A DNA stretch of 64,000 nucleotides from an uncultured Candidatus Saccharibacteria bacterium (lineage in GTDB: Bacteria; Patescibacteriota; Minisyncoccia; Minisyncoccales; CAYUYO01), in assembly GCA_964449385.1 (NCBI GenBank), contig CAYUYO010000002.1, forward strand, positions 15,414 to 79,413, read 5' to 3'. Each line of letters opens with the position of its first letter. Positions within the stretch are counted from its first letter, which is position 1. The translations under genes were made by a program, and so were the position numbers. Below are positions 53,896-63,236 of the stretch, one piece after another. The notes beneath the pieces are model-generated. The model saw only the letters and a program-made list of their open reading frames with translations. It was not told where the DNA came from and ran no database searches.

Positions 53896-54034
53896 AATGG
53901 TTTTTTAAAAGCTGTTTATAAAAGTCTTGAATTAATTTCTCTTGTTCTTTTAAATCTAAAACTTCTCGGCGAATCCGAGCTTTTTCTCGACGAATAAATT
54001 TGCGAACACTTTGAGGAAATTGTTTTTTTCTCAT
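53858..54034 (-). CDS. candidate 58-aa basic protein (not in ORF track)
   Basis: ATG at 54034, MRKKQFPQSVRKFIRREKARIRREVLDLKEQEKLIQDFYKQLLKNHYEDKRNLQSSNK, stop at 53858. Fills an otherwise empty 225-nt gap and overlaps the NIF3 start by 38 nt. Confidence 0.3.
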   Translation of the reverse strand: MRKKQFPQSVRKFIRREKARIRREVLDLKEQEKLIQDFYKQLLKNHYEDKRNLQSSNK

Positions 54035-54120
54035 ATAAGGATAAAATAAGGTTTCTAAAAAATTTAAGTTCTAAATTATACTTTTGCATTTAAGAACAAT
54101 TCTTCCTAATTTTAATCTAT

Positions 54121-55323
54121 TTATTGTTTTTTGTCCAGAGAAACAAACTCTTCTTTCACTATTTTCCTATCATCCCATGGTATTTTTTTACCACCAGCTA
54201 TACAAATCCAAGGTTCACATCCTTTACCAGTAATTATTACTACATCGTCTTTCTTAGCCAAACTTAATGCATAATGAATTGCTTCTCTTCTGTCTAATAT
54301 TTTTTTGGCTTTCCTGTTTGTTCCCTCAGCTACTTGGTTAATAATTTCCATTGGGTCTTCATCATAGGGATCTTCGTTACTAATAATAATTTCACTACAA
54401 TAATCAGCCGCTATTTTACCCAACTCCGGTCTTTTCCATTTATCTCTGCCTCCTCCGCAAGAGCCTAAAACTGCAATCATTTTCCCACTTTGAGGTTTTA
54501 AAGTTTGATAAACTTTTTTCAAAGCATTCGGAGTAAAAGCATAATCAACAAATACTTTGAAAGGACTAGAAATAACCTCTTCCATACGACCAGGAATTCC
54601 TTTAACTTTTTCTAAAGCTGTTTCGCAGGTTTCCAAACTAATTCCTTGAGATAATCCTATACAAATTGACGCTAAGGCATTATAAATATTAAAACCGCCT
54701 ATTAAATAAAGTTTAAATCGAGTATTTTTAGTATTAATATCTCCTTTATTTAGTCCATAGGTATATTTTTTATCAGCTGGAAACTGTAAAAAATACTCAG
54801 CATTTTCGTCGTCTATGTTAATAATGTGGATTCCCTTCGTGGCTTGAAACAGTTTCCCTTTAGCTTTTTTATAATTTTCAAATCCTTTATGAGCTTCAAT
54901 ATGTTCCGGTGTTAAGTTAGTAAAGACGGCTACGTCAAAATCGATGAATGCCTGTCGATGTTGTAAAATACCCTCAGAAGTTACTTCCAAAATAACATAT
55001 TGACATCCGCTATTTACTGCTTGTCTTAAAAACTTTTGGAGTTTAAAACGACCTGGCATGGTCATTTTTAAAAAGTTTTCTCTTTCTTTTTCTCTAATTT
55101 TAAATTTAATTGAAGATAAAGAAGCAATTTTATAACCTGCTTCTTCTAAAATCTCAGCTGTTAAACTAATTACTGTAGTTTTCCCATTAGTACCAGTTAT
55201 TCCAATTACTTTTATTTTTTTTGAGGGAAAGCCATAAAAAACAGCTCCCAAAAAAGCAAGTAAAAAATGATACCAACTAAGTAAAAAAACAGGAATAAAT
55301 TTTTTAATAATTTCCTTTCCCAT
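54121..55323 (-). CDS. Mur ligase family protein, MurE-like but lacking the N-terminal domain
   Basis: GITGTNGKTT P-loop at aa ~43, EVTSEGILQHR, TNLTPEHIEAH, GRMEEV, VDYAFTPNAL, GGGRDKWKRP, NEDPYDEDP. N-terminus is a hydrophobic helix FIPVFLLSWYHFLLAFLGAVFYGF. Confidence 0.75.
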   Translation of the reverse strand: MGKEIIKKFIPVFLLSWYHFLLAFLGAVFYGFPSKKIKVIGITGTNGKTTVISLTAEILEEAGYKIASLSSIKFKIREKERENFLKMTMPGRFKLQKFLRQAVNSGCQYVILEVTSEGILQHRQAFIDFDVAVFTNLTPEHIEAHKGFENYKKAKGKLFQATKGIHIINIDDENAEYFLQFPADKKYTYGLNKGDINTKNTRFKLYLIGGFNIYNALASICIGLSQGISLETCETALEKVKGIPGRMEEVISSPFKVFVDYAFTPNALKKVYQTLKPQSGKMIAVLGSCGGGRDKWKRPELGKIAADYCSEIIISNEDPYDEDPMEIINQVAEGTNRKAKKILDRREAIHYALSLAKKDDVVIITGKGCEPWICIAGGKKIPWDDRKIVKEEFVSLDKKQ

Positions 55324-55404
55324 ATTTTAATTTTAGCTTAATTTTGAGTAAAAGAAAATCAGCAACTTGCTTAAAAGAATAAAAAATGTTAAAAAATAAA
55401 TAAC

Positions 55405-55671
55405 ATGTCTCCCATTATTAAATCAGCAAAAAAAGCCTTAAGACAGAATAGGAAAAGAATGGCTAGAAATATTCAGAAAAAGAAAACAATAAAAAAACTT
55501 CTGAAAGAAATTGAGATTTTTACTTCTGAGAAAAAAATAGAAGAAGCTAAAAAACTTCTTCCCAAAGCCTATAAACTTCTCGATAAGGCAGTTAAAACTG
55601 GTTTAACTAAAAAAAATACCGTTTCTCGAAAAAAATCTAGGATTACTAAGGCCTTATTTAAATCTCAATAA
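55405..55671 (+). CDS. rpsT: 30S ribosomal protein S20
   Basis: KSAKKALRQNRKR N-terminus; 88 aa; all-helical basic protein. Confidence 0.9.
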   Translation: MSPIIKSAKKALRQNRKRMARNIQKKKTIKKLLKEIEIFTSEKKIEEAKKLLPKAYKLLDKAVKTGLTKKNTVSRKKSRITKALFKSQ

Positions 55672-56593
55672 TAAGCAAGTCTAAAACTGCTATAGTTTCT
55701 TTTTTTCCGGTTTTAATATCTAAATCTGCCTGAAAAATTTTTTGGTAGATTTTTTTTAGTTCAAGCAAAGTAAAACTTTTTGCTTGCTCCCATCCTTTTT
55801 TAATTATAAAAGGATGTAAATTACTTGTTTTTAAAACGGCATAATAAGATTGATACTTTTCCATCAACGCCTTAATAATTAAAAGGTTTCTGAATTGAAA
55901 ACTAATCATCGAAAGAATATATAAAGGATTATCCCCTTTTTCTAAGTGTTTATGGATTAAAGCTATGGCTCTTTTTTTATTTCTTTGAGCTACGGCGTCA
56001 ATTGCTTTAAAAATATCAGTTTCAATTTTAGGTTGAACCAAAAGGTCTATGTCTTTTAGTTCTATTTCTTTTTTAAATTTATAGCTAATAAGTTTTTTTA
56101 TTTCATTATCCAACCGCCACAAATCATTACCAATAAAATTAATTAGCTTGTTTATAATTTCTGGACTAACTTCTTTTTGATATTTTAAAAATTCTTTTTT
56201 TAGCCAATTTCTTAATTTTTCTCCTTCTAGTAAATTAAATTCTTGAGATTTTCCATATTTTTTCAAAAATTTAAATAAAGAATTGCTCTCTAAAATTTTT
56301 GTTGGCTCGTAAAATAAAATAGTATTTTTTGAATTAACAAATTTTTGAGAATCTTTTAAAAATCTCTCCTTGAAAATCTGATTAGTAAAAGATTTGTCTA
56401 AAATTATTAATTTTTTTTCGGCAAACATTGAAACGGTTTGAAACTCGTTTTTGAAATCCTCAAATGTTTTTTCGGATAGATCAAGATATTTTAAATCCAA
56501 TCCTTTTTCATGGATTTTTTTGTAATGATTAATTATCTCATTTAATTTTTGACGTAACCTATAAGTGTCTTGTCCGTAGAGAAAAATAATCAT
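55658..56593 (-). CDS. holA: DNA polymerase III delta subunit
   Basis: MIIFLYGQDTYRL N-terminus and 311-aa helical pattern typical of HolA. Assignment is by pattern only. Confidence 0.7.
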   Translation of the reverse strand: MIIFLYGQDTYRLRQKLNEIINHYKKIHEKGLDLKYLDLSEKTFEDFKNEFQTVSMFAEKKLIILDKSFTNQIFKERFLKDSQKFVNSKNTILFYEPTKILESNSLFKFLKKYGKSQEFNLLEGEKLRNWLKKEFLKYQKEVSPEIINKLINFIGNDLWRLDNEIKKLISYKFKKEIELKDIDLLVQPKIETDIFKAIDAVAQRNKKRAIALIHKHLEKGDNPLYILSMISFQFRNLLIIKALMEKYQSYYAVLKTSNLHPFIIKKGWEQAKSFTLLELKKIYQKIFQADLDIKTGKKETIAVLDLLIIEI

Positions 56594-56625
56594 TATTTTT
56601 GATAATTAGAATAATAATAAATAAA

Positions 56626-56650
56626 TCGACCTCTCGTTAATTAAGGTCGA
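56626..56650 (-). terminator. candidate intrinsic terminator after the two-component operon
   Basis: Minus strand TCGACC-(13 nt)-GGTCGA followed by TTTATTTATT; located 34 nt after the response-regulator stop. Confidence 0.45.
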
Positions 56651-56683
56651 ACCAGCTCTGTTTCGAGAAACTTAAACATAAGT

Positions 56684-57052
56684 TTATTTCAAAACAGATT
56701 TAATCTTGTCTATAATTTCTCCGGGAGTAAAATGGGCTTTAATTAAATAATCAGTCGCTCCTAGTTTTAATCCTTTTTCTACATCATCTCTCTGACCAAG
56801 ATTAGAAAGAATGATTACCGGAATTGAAATCAAGTTTGATTCTTTTTTCATTTGGGATAAAACTTCAAAACCATCAATACCTGGTAAAATTAAATCAAGT
56901 AAAACTAAATCCGGCTTTTCCTCTTTTATCTTTTTTATTCCCGCTTCACCATCTATTGCCTCAGAAACAACAAAGTCATCTTCTTCAAGCTTTCGAATAA
57001 TTAATTCTCTTAAAAATTTATCGTCCTCTATAACAAGAATGTTTTTTTTCAT
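56684..57052 (-). CDS. single-domain response regulator (CheY-like receiver only)
   Basis: Acidic pocket EDD, phosphoacceptor context LVLLDLILPG, conserved SN..and K (YLIKAH). No output domain. Confidence 0.9.
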   Translation of the reverse strand: MKKNILVIEDDKFLRELIIRKLEEDDFVVSEAIDGEAGIKKIKEEKPDLVLLDLILPGIDGFEVLSQMKKESNLISIPVIILSNLGQRDDVEKGLKLGATDYLIKAHFTPGEIIDKIKSVLK

Positions 57053-57053
57053 A

Positions 57054-57425
57054 TTATTTACCTATTTGTTCTACTACCTTATCAAGTACTTCTTGAGGAT
57101 CAAATTCAGTTTTAATCAGCCAATCTTTTGCCCCTAATTTTTGAGCCCTATCAAGTTCTACCGGCTGACCAGAATTAGAAACGACAATAACTGGAATTTT
57201 TTTAAATTTTTTATCTTTATTCATTTCCTCCATTACCTCAAATCCTCCCATTTTAGGCATAATAATATCTAATAAAATAAGGTTTGGGTTTTTCTTCCTC
57301 ATTTTTTCTAACCCTTCTTTTCCATCTCGGGCAACTAAGACTTCATAGCCTTCTTTGGTTAGTTTTTTCTGAAGAAGTTCAAGCATAATTTTTTCGTCCT
57401 CTATGATTAAAATTTTCTTTGTCAT
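57054..57425 (-). CDS. single-domain response regulator (CheY-like receiver only)
   Basis: IEDE, LILLDIIMPKMGG, VVSNSG, DWLIKT receiver motifs; 123 aa. No output domain. Confidence 0.9.
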   Translation of the reverse strand: MTKKILIIEDEKIMLELLQKKLTKEGYEVLVARDGKEGLEKMRKKNPNLILLDIIMPKMGGFEVMEEMNKDKKFKKIPVIVVSNSGQPVELDRAQKLGAKDWLIKTEFDPQEVLDKVVEQIGK

Positions 57426-57436
57426 ATTATTTTATT

Positions 57437-59029
57437 CTAAAACTTTTTTAAAAATTCTTCAAATTCTTTTTCCACAGGAAGGTTAAAATAGAAAGTCGTA
57501 CCTTTTTTTGGATTAGACTTAAACCAGATTTTACCGTTATGAGCTTCAATAATATTTTTAGCGATATAAAGTCCTAAGCCGGTTCCTTCGGTTTCCATCT
57601 GTACAGCATTAGCACCTCGAAAAAACTTAGTGAATATTCTTTCTTGTTGGTCTATAGAAATTCCTATCCCAGTGTCATGAATTGAGAACTCTACTTTATT
57701 TTTAACACAATCTAAAAAAAATGTCACCGTTCCCCCGACCTGGGTATATCTAATTGCATTATCTAAAAGATTACCAATAGCTACCTTCATTTTTTCTACG
57801 TCTATTTTTAATTTAGGGAATTTTTTTTGAGCTTTTTTGAATTCAAATTTAATTTTTTTTCTTTTAATTTCTCTTTGATAATAGTTTATTACAGATTGAA
57901 TTATATTTTCAATTTGAGTAAAAACAGGATTGTAAAGATATTTTCCTTCTTCAATTCTGGTAACATCTAAAAGGTCATTGATTAATGCAATCATTCTTTC
58001 GTTACTTTGATAGGTTTTTTTAATAAAATCTCTCTGTTCTTCGGTTATCTTTCCTATATCTCCGTCCAACAACATTTTTAAGGCCCATTTAATTGACGAT
58101 AAAGGGGTTCTCAATTGGTGAGCAGAGAGAGAAACAAATTCAGTTTTCATTTTTTCAACTAATTTTTCTCTGGTAATATTATGTAAAATAATTAAAGTTC
58201 CTAATTTCTCTTTCTCTCTTATTAAAGAAACGGTAGACATTTCTAAAGTTAAATCTTTTCTAACCGTTAACTCTCTTCTATAAATCTCTTTGATTTCTTT
58301 TCCTAAAATTCTTACTAAAGGACTAAACTCAGGAATTTTTGTTAACTCTAAAATTGATTTATCTATTAAATCTTTACTTTTTACTTTAAAAAACTCTTCA
58401 GCTTGAGGGTTAACTATAGAAAGATTGTTGGTTGCATCAAATACTAATAATCCATCAGCTAAATTAGTAATAACTGCTAGGGTTTTATTTTTTTCTTCTT
58501 CGGTTTTTTCCCGAGCCTCTTCTACATCTTCCAACATGTTTATTAAGGCTTTTCTTGAATCTTCTAATTCTTTGGTCCTTATCTTAACTTTCCCTTCTAA
58601 CTCTTCCCTGAATTTTTTGATTTCAGTAATATCAAATAAGGCTAAAAAATAACCGATAAAATTACCGTCTCTGTCTTTTCTTATTGAAACGGAGACATTT
58701 ACCGGAATTTCTTTTCTGTCTTTCAATATCAAAACTAATTCTTTAGTTCTTACTTTACCTCTTTTCCGAGTTAAATTTAAAAGATTTTTTATTTTTTCTT
58801 TTTCTAAAAAAATTTTTGCCAAATGCTCTCCGTTTATCTCTAAAGAATCGTATCCGGTCAAAGCTTGGAATACCTGATTGATATTAATGATGATTTCTAT
58901 CGGATTCACAGTACAAACTGCCAAGGGTAAAAAAGAGGAAAATTCTTTAATATACATTTCCAAATCACCTAAATCTTCTTTCGCTCTGTTAAGTTCTTCT
59001 TTTATTAAATTTAACTTTTCGTCAGCCAT
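57437..59029 (-). CDS. soluble PAS-PAS sensor histidine kinase
   Basis: H-box SLSAHQLRTPL, N-box LLDNAIRYT, G1 DTGIGI, G2 GTGLGLYIAK. Two PAS-like segments and an N-terminal coiled coil. No TM segment. Confidence 0.9.
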   Translation of the reverse strand: MADEKLNLIKEELNRAKEDLGDLEMYIKEFSSFLPLAVCTVNPIEIIININQVFQALTGYDSLEINGEHLAKIFLEKEKIKNLLNLTRKRGKVRTKELVLILKDRKEIPVNVSVSIRKDRDGNFIGYFLALFDITEIKKFREELEGKVKIRTKELEDSRKALINMLEDVEEAREKTEEEKNKTLAVITNLADGLLVFDATNNLSIVNPQAEEFFKVKSKDLIDKSILELTKIPEFSPLVRILGKEIKEIYRRELTVRKDLTLEMSTVSLIREKEKLGTLIILHNITREKLVEKMKTEFVSLSAHQLRTPLSSIKWALKMLLDGDIGKITEEQRDFIKKTYQSNERMIALINDLLDVTRIEEGKYLYNPVFTQIENIIQSVINYYQREIKRKKIKFEFKKAQKKFPKLKIDVEKMKVAIGNLLDNAIRYTQVGGTVTFFLDCVKNKVEFSIHDTGIGISIDQQERIFTKFFRGANAVQMETEGTGLGLYIAKNIIEAHNGKIWFKSNPKKGTTFYFNLPVEKEFEEFLKKF

Positions 59030-59030
59030 A

Positions 59031-59636
59031 TTATTCCCACTTTATTAAAAATTCATGATAAGGACTCCCATTAAACATACATTTTGTCTCCTTAATGGTA
59101 ATTTTGTCGCTCTTTATAACATACTGAGCAAATCTTAAAAAATACCCCCTATAATAAGTACACAAAATTGGATGGATTTTAAAGTTTTTTAAACGAAGTA
59201 TCCCGTATTTTTCTTTTTCATTTAATTCAATGCTTTCAAGCTCTCCAACATTATAGTGCTTTTCCCAATATTTTGGGCTTTCTTTGAAGGTCTTTTGGGT
59301 GGAAAGAAAATATTTCATCAATAACTTAACGATAAAAGAATATTTTGGAGCAGAATTGCCCATATCAAAAATTTCTTTATCGCCCCAATTAAAAGTTTCT
59401 TTTATTGCCAAAAGGGATAATACTCTAAGGCCTACAGGATACCATTCCATTGTTTCTATCTTTTCGTAATCGAATAAATCTCCCCATTCCTTGATTTTCT
59501 TTTTTAAAAGTGTGATTCCTTTTTCCCCTACCTTATTCTTTAAATATTCTATATCAGTAATAAATACTTGACCTCGCACTTTCCCGGGGACATTTATTAA
59601 TTTGGTAATTTCTCCCTGATTCATTATTTTTTTCAT
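59031..59636 (-). CDS. putative ligand-binding protein, V4R/DUF2378-like
   Basis: C-terminal pattern CTYYRGYFLRFAQ...IKETKCMFNGSPYHEFLIKW resembles the V4R/DUF2378 ending (C..G....v.E..C...G...C.F.i.W). Only 1 nt separates it from the kinase gene. Confidence 0.4.
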   Translation of the reverse strand: MKKIMNQGEITKLINVPGKVRGQVFITDIEYLKNKVGEKGITLLKKKIKEWGDLFDYEKIETMEWYPVGLRVLSLLAIKETFNWGDKEIFDMGNSAPKYSFIVKLLMKYFLSTQKTFKESPKYWEKHYNVGELESIELNEKEKYGILRLKNFKIHPILCTYYRGYFLRFAQYVIKSDKITIKETKCMFNGSPYHEFLIKWE

Positions 59637-59645
59637 ATTTATTTT

Positions 59646-60644
59646 TTAGTTTAGTTTTTTATATTCTTTTGATTTTTCAGTTAATTTTTTAATTTCCTCT
59701 TTTAAAGCAATCATTTTAAACTCTCTACCAACTGCTAACTTCTGAAATCTCTCTAAATCAGCCATTCTTTCTTGAAGCTCTTTTGTTCTTTCTTTAACTT
59801 TTATATCAAGACTTTCAGCAAGCTCTTGTAATTCTTTAGTTCGAGCATTAACTTTTATTTCAAGAATGGATTTTGCTTCCCTTAATGTCTCAGTTTTTAT
59901 TTTTAGTTCTGCCGCCATTTTATTAAAGGAATCAGCTAATAGTGCAAACTCATCTTCAGTTTTAATTTTTATTTCTACATCAAAATTTCCTTTGGCTATT
60001 TTTTCTGCTTTCTCTTTCAATAATTTAATTGGTGATATTATTTTATTAATTAGAAAAAATGCAACACTTATCCCTAAAAGAATAATTAAAATACTTATAC
60101 CTATACCAAATATAAGTGTTGCTCTAATTTGACTTGTAATTTTTTCTAATGACAATCCCACTCTGACAAAACCAATTATTTCCCCCGTTTTACCAACATT
60201 TGGAAATAATGTTTCGCTCAATAAAACAGGAGAATAAAAACTATAAATTTTTTCTCCTTCTTGAGTATAATCGGTTTTTTCCAACGCTTTTTTCTCTGTT
60301 AATAATTCTTCCATAACATTTTTAGGAATTCTTTCTTCAATTTCTATTTTTTCCTTGAAAGCAATAATATTTCCTTTCTCGTTGTAAACCACAACTAAAA
60401 CAATACTTTCTTCTTCGAAAGTTTTTTGAAAAGATGTTTGGAGTAAAATAGGATCCTCTGAACTTAAAGCAAGTTCTGAACCATAGGACATATCTTTTAC
60501 CAAATGAAAACCAAAATCTGTCAGGTCCTCTTTTATGAATTGAGTTAATTGATAAATATGAAAAGTTAAGAAAGCTGAAGCAACACAAAAAATCAAAAAA
60601 AATATATAAACAATAAACTTTGTCTTAATACTTTTTAAATACAT
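59646..60644 (-). CDS. membrane sensor protein: TM, extracytoplasmic domain, TM, HAMP, coiled coil; no catalytic output
   Basis: Two TM helices (aa 10-28, 176-200). HAMP segment PIKLLKEKAEKIAKGNFDVEI..DEFALLADSFNKMAAEL. Duplicated IKVxxRTKELQE coiled-coil unit encoded at 59769-59861. Confidence 0.75.
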   Translation of the reverse strand: MYLKSIKTKFIVYIFFLIFCVASAFLTFHIYQLTQFIKEDLTDFGFHLVKDMSYGSELALSSEDPILLQTSFQKTFEEESIVLVVVYNEKGNIIAFKEKIEIEERIPKNVMEELLTEKKALEKTDYTQEGEKIYSFYSPVLLSETLFPNVGKTGEIIGFVRVGLSLEKITSQIRATLIFGIGISILIILLGISVAFFLINKIISPIKLLKEKAEKIAKGNFDVEIKIKTEDEFALLADSFNKMAAELKIKTETLREAKSILEIKVNARTKELQELAESLDIKVKERTKELQERMADLERFQKLAVGREFKMIALKEEIKKLTEKSKEYKKLN

Positions 60645-60747
60645 CGAAAATTATTCTATCATAAAATATTAAAATTTCTAAACTCAAATTCTCACTTCAT
60701 TTTAAAGTTTTCTTTTTTTTTATTTTAATAATAAATAATTTCGTAAT

Positions 60748-62136
60748 CTAATCTTTACTAAAAATTAATATTGAGGCTGTCACTTCTCCGTATTTATTCC
60801 CTATTCCAACAAAATGTCCGTATGGTCCTAAATTAGACACTCCTAAGAAAGGATTGTCTCCCACAGCCAAAACAATTTTAGAAACCATTTCGTCCCACCC
60901 CTCTGGGTCACCAATACCTAATAAAGTTCCTCCACATTGATCCAATACTGCTCCAGCAATTTCTTTTTCAGTAATTCCTCCTCTACTTTGAGCTAATTTA
61001 ACAGCCAAGGCAGCTCTTTGGATAAATAATTCTGGATTACTTTCTAATAAATACAATTCTGTTCCTTCCTCAGCTACTGCTCCAACAGTTATACTATTGT
61101 CTGGATTAAAATGGAAAGGAACTATCATTTGCCAATTAGAAAATCCATCAGTCTCAATCATCTTCTTTCCAAAAGTATGGTTAACAGCTTCGGCTAAAAT
61201 CATTTCTGAAGTGCCCAAATATTTATCAAAAAAACCATCAAGCCAGTTGTTATATACTATAGCCGCCGGTTTGTTATCAATCTCAACAATATTAAGTCCT
61301 TCGTCATCTCTTCTAAATTTAGTTACTATTCCTTTCTGACCAGTTTGATTAAATCCTGAAAGAAAAGCATGACCAACTTTTAAATCGGTATAAATAGGAG
61401 CTACTACTATTCCCCTCGAATATACTTTATTATTAGCAAATAATGCTTCACCTCCACTAACAAGATCTGAGTAGCCAGCAGTAGCTCCACCACCAACTAT
61501 CAGAATATCTTTACCCAAGACACTCTCTATCCCTTTTATAACCATCTCCTCTCCTATTCCAAAAGGGGAACTACTCATAAGCACTACTTTAGGTAAATCT
61601 TTTATAGTTTTCCCGGCATTTTCAATTGCTTTAATAATAGCTACTTTCCCTGCCTCTTCAGACGAAACTACTTCGTCCAAATTACAAGCACCTACCCCAA
61701 AAATCATTTCCTCAGAAGAAAATCCCATTAAGCTTAACACGTTCCCTTCTTCAACTTTCTCTCCAATATGAAAACCACTATTGGTCATTATCCCCATTAA
61801 GGAAGTAGAACCATAAATTTTAGTGTTAGGAAGAAGCTGATTTACTTCTGCTAAAATTTCGTCTTGGTTGTAACCTACTGTAGAAGTAAGAATGGCGAAA
61901 ACAGGTTCTTCTCCTTTTAATTGTTCAACCATCTTAGTATATGCTTCTTGAACTGCTTCTTTTTCGTTTTTCTCAACGCTATAACCTATCCCCATTTCCA
62001 ATTTAACTTCAATTTCCTCTTCGATTGGAGTAATAAATTCTTCTACTGTTATATTTTTATTTACTAAAACCACAGTAACAATTACTCCAATTACTATTAT
62101 TATCCCCAATATTATCCAATATATTTTATTTTTCAT
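60748..62136 (-). CDS. FIST-domain sensor protein with N-terminal membrane anchor
   Basis: N-terminal hydrophobic helix, then a FIST_N-like segment (PVFAILTSTVGYNQDEILAEV..IYGSTSLMGIMT) and a FIST_C-like C-terminal half. Confidence 0.6.
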   Translation of the reverse strand: MKNKIYWIILGIIIVIGVIVTVVLVNKNITVEEFITPIEEEIEVKLEMGIGYSVEKNEKEAVQEAYTKMVEQLKGEEPVFAILTSTVGYNQDEILAEVNQLLPNTKIYGSTSLMGIMTNSGFHIGEKVEEGNVLSLMGFSSEEMIFGVGACNLDEVVSSEEAGKVAIIKAIENAGKTIKDLPKVVLMSSSPFGIGEEMVIKGIESVLGKDILIVGGGATAGYSDLVSGGEALFANNKVYSRGIVVAPIYTDLKVGHAFLSGFNQTGQKGIVTKFRRDDEGLNIVEIDNKPAAIVYNNWLDGFFDKYLGTSEMILAEAVNHTFGKKMIETDGFSNWQMIVPFHFNPDNSITVGAVAEEGTELYLLESNPELFIQRAALAVKLAQSRGGITEKEIAGAVLDQCGGTLLGIGDPEGWDEMVSKIVLAVGDNPFLGVSNLGPYGHFVGIGNKYGEVTASILIFSKD

Positions 62137-62264
62137 ATTATTATTATTATTTTAATTTATTCTCGACCTTTTTTAGATATTATTATATTTTAATTTTATT
62201 CTACATTAATTTAAAAAACAAATTATAATATTTATTTATTTTGAAGGAAAAATTAGTGCAGAAT

Positions 62265-63227
62265 TTACCACAACTTTAAATTTTCTTTAGCTTGCTTGAT
62301 TGGTTCTTGAAAGGTTGATAATTTCTTAATCATAGCATAAAACTCATATTTTTTAAGTACCTGGATAACTTTTTCTTTTCTTTTTGGATAAGAAGAAAGC
62401 GATTCCATTTGACACTTTTTTAAATTAAAATTAATTGGCACATTTTTTTCAATCTGGGCTAATTTCTGGCTGAAAAAAGCTTGTTCCTTGTATTTTAATA
62501 ATGTCTCTTTTAGTTGAGTCTTAAGTTTTTTATTTCCTTCGGATTTTTCTTCAATTTCTTTATATAAATTTTCCAAGCTGCCGAATTTTGAAAGAAGATC
62601 AATTGCAATTTTCTCACCAACGCCGGTAACTCCCGGGATATTATCTGACGGATCACCTCTTAGGGCTTTAAAATCAACAATTTGAGACGGAGTTAGTCCT
62701 TGGTATTTTTCTTTAACTGCTTCGGTATCATATAAAATAATATCTTTAACTCCTTTTCTTAAAGAATAAACTTTAGTCTGAGAATCAATTAGTTGAAGAG
62801 CATCGAGATCTCCCGAGACAATAATAGTTTCAATTGCTGGAACTATTTGTTTTCTTTCAGCTATCTTTGCAATAGTACCGATTAAATCATCGGCTTCAAA
62901 ACCTTTTTTTTCAAAAACAGGAGTTCCAAATGCTTTTAAAACATCTTTGACTTTAGGAATTTGTTGGTATAATTGTTCGGGAGCTGGAGGTCTTTTAGCT
63001 TTGTATTTTTTAAAAATTTTAGATCGAAAAGTTGGAGCTGGAAAATCAAAACAAGCTGCGATAAAATCCGGGTGGAACTCCCGTATAATTTTCAAAAAAA
63101 CCAATAAAAATCCGTAAATAGCATTAATTTGCTCTCCTTTTTTTGTTGTTAAAATAGGCAGGGCATGATAGGCCCGGTGAATAATAGAATTACTATCAAT
63201 AATAATTAAACGTTTTTTAGAAGCCAC
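62265..63227 (-). CDS. standalone 5'-3' exonuclease (Pol I N-terminal/FEN-like)
   Basis: LIIIDSNSIIHRAYHA, FDFPAPTFR, GFEADDLIG, GDPSDNIPGVTGVGEK H3TH motif. No polymerase domain follows. Confidence 0.9.
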   Translation of the reverse strand: MASKKRLIIIDSNSIIHRAYHALPILTTKKGEQINAIYGFLLVFLKIIREFHPDFIAACFDFPAPTFRSKIFKKYKAKRPPAPEQLYQQIPKVKDVLKAFGTPVFEKKGFEADDLIGTIAKIAERKQIVPAIETIIVSGDLDALQLIDSQTKVYSLRKGVKDIILYDTEAVKEKYQGLTPSQIVDFKALRGDPSDNIPGVTGVGEKIAIDLLSKFGSLENLYKEIEEKSEGNKKLKTQLKETLLKYKEQAFFSQKLAQIEKNVPINFNLKKCQMESLSSYPKRKEKVIQVLKKYEFYAMIKKLSTFQEPIKQAKENLKLW

Positions 63228-63236
63228 TTTAATAGG

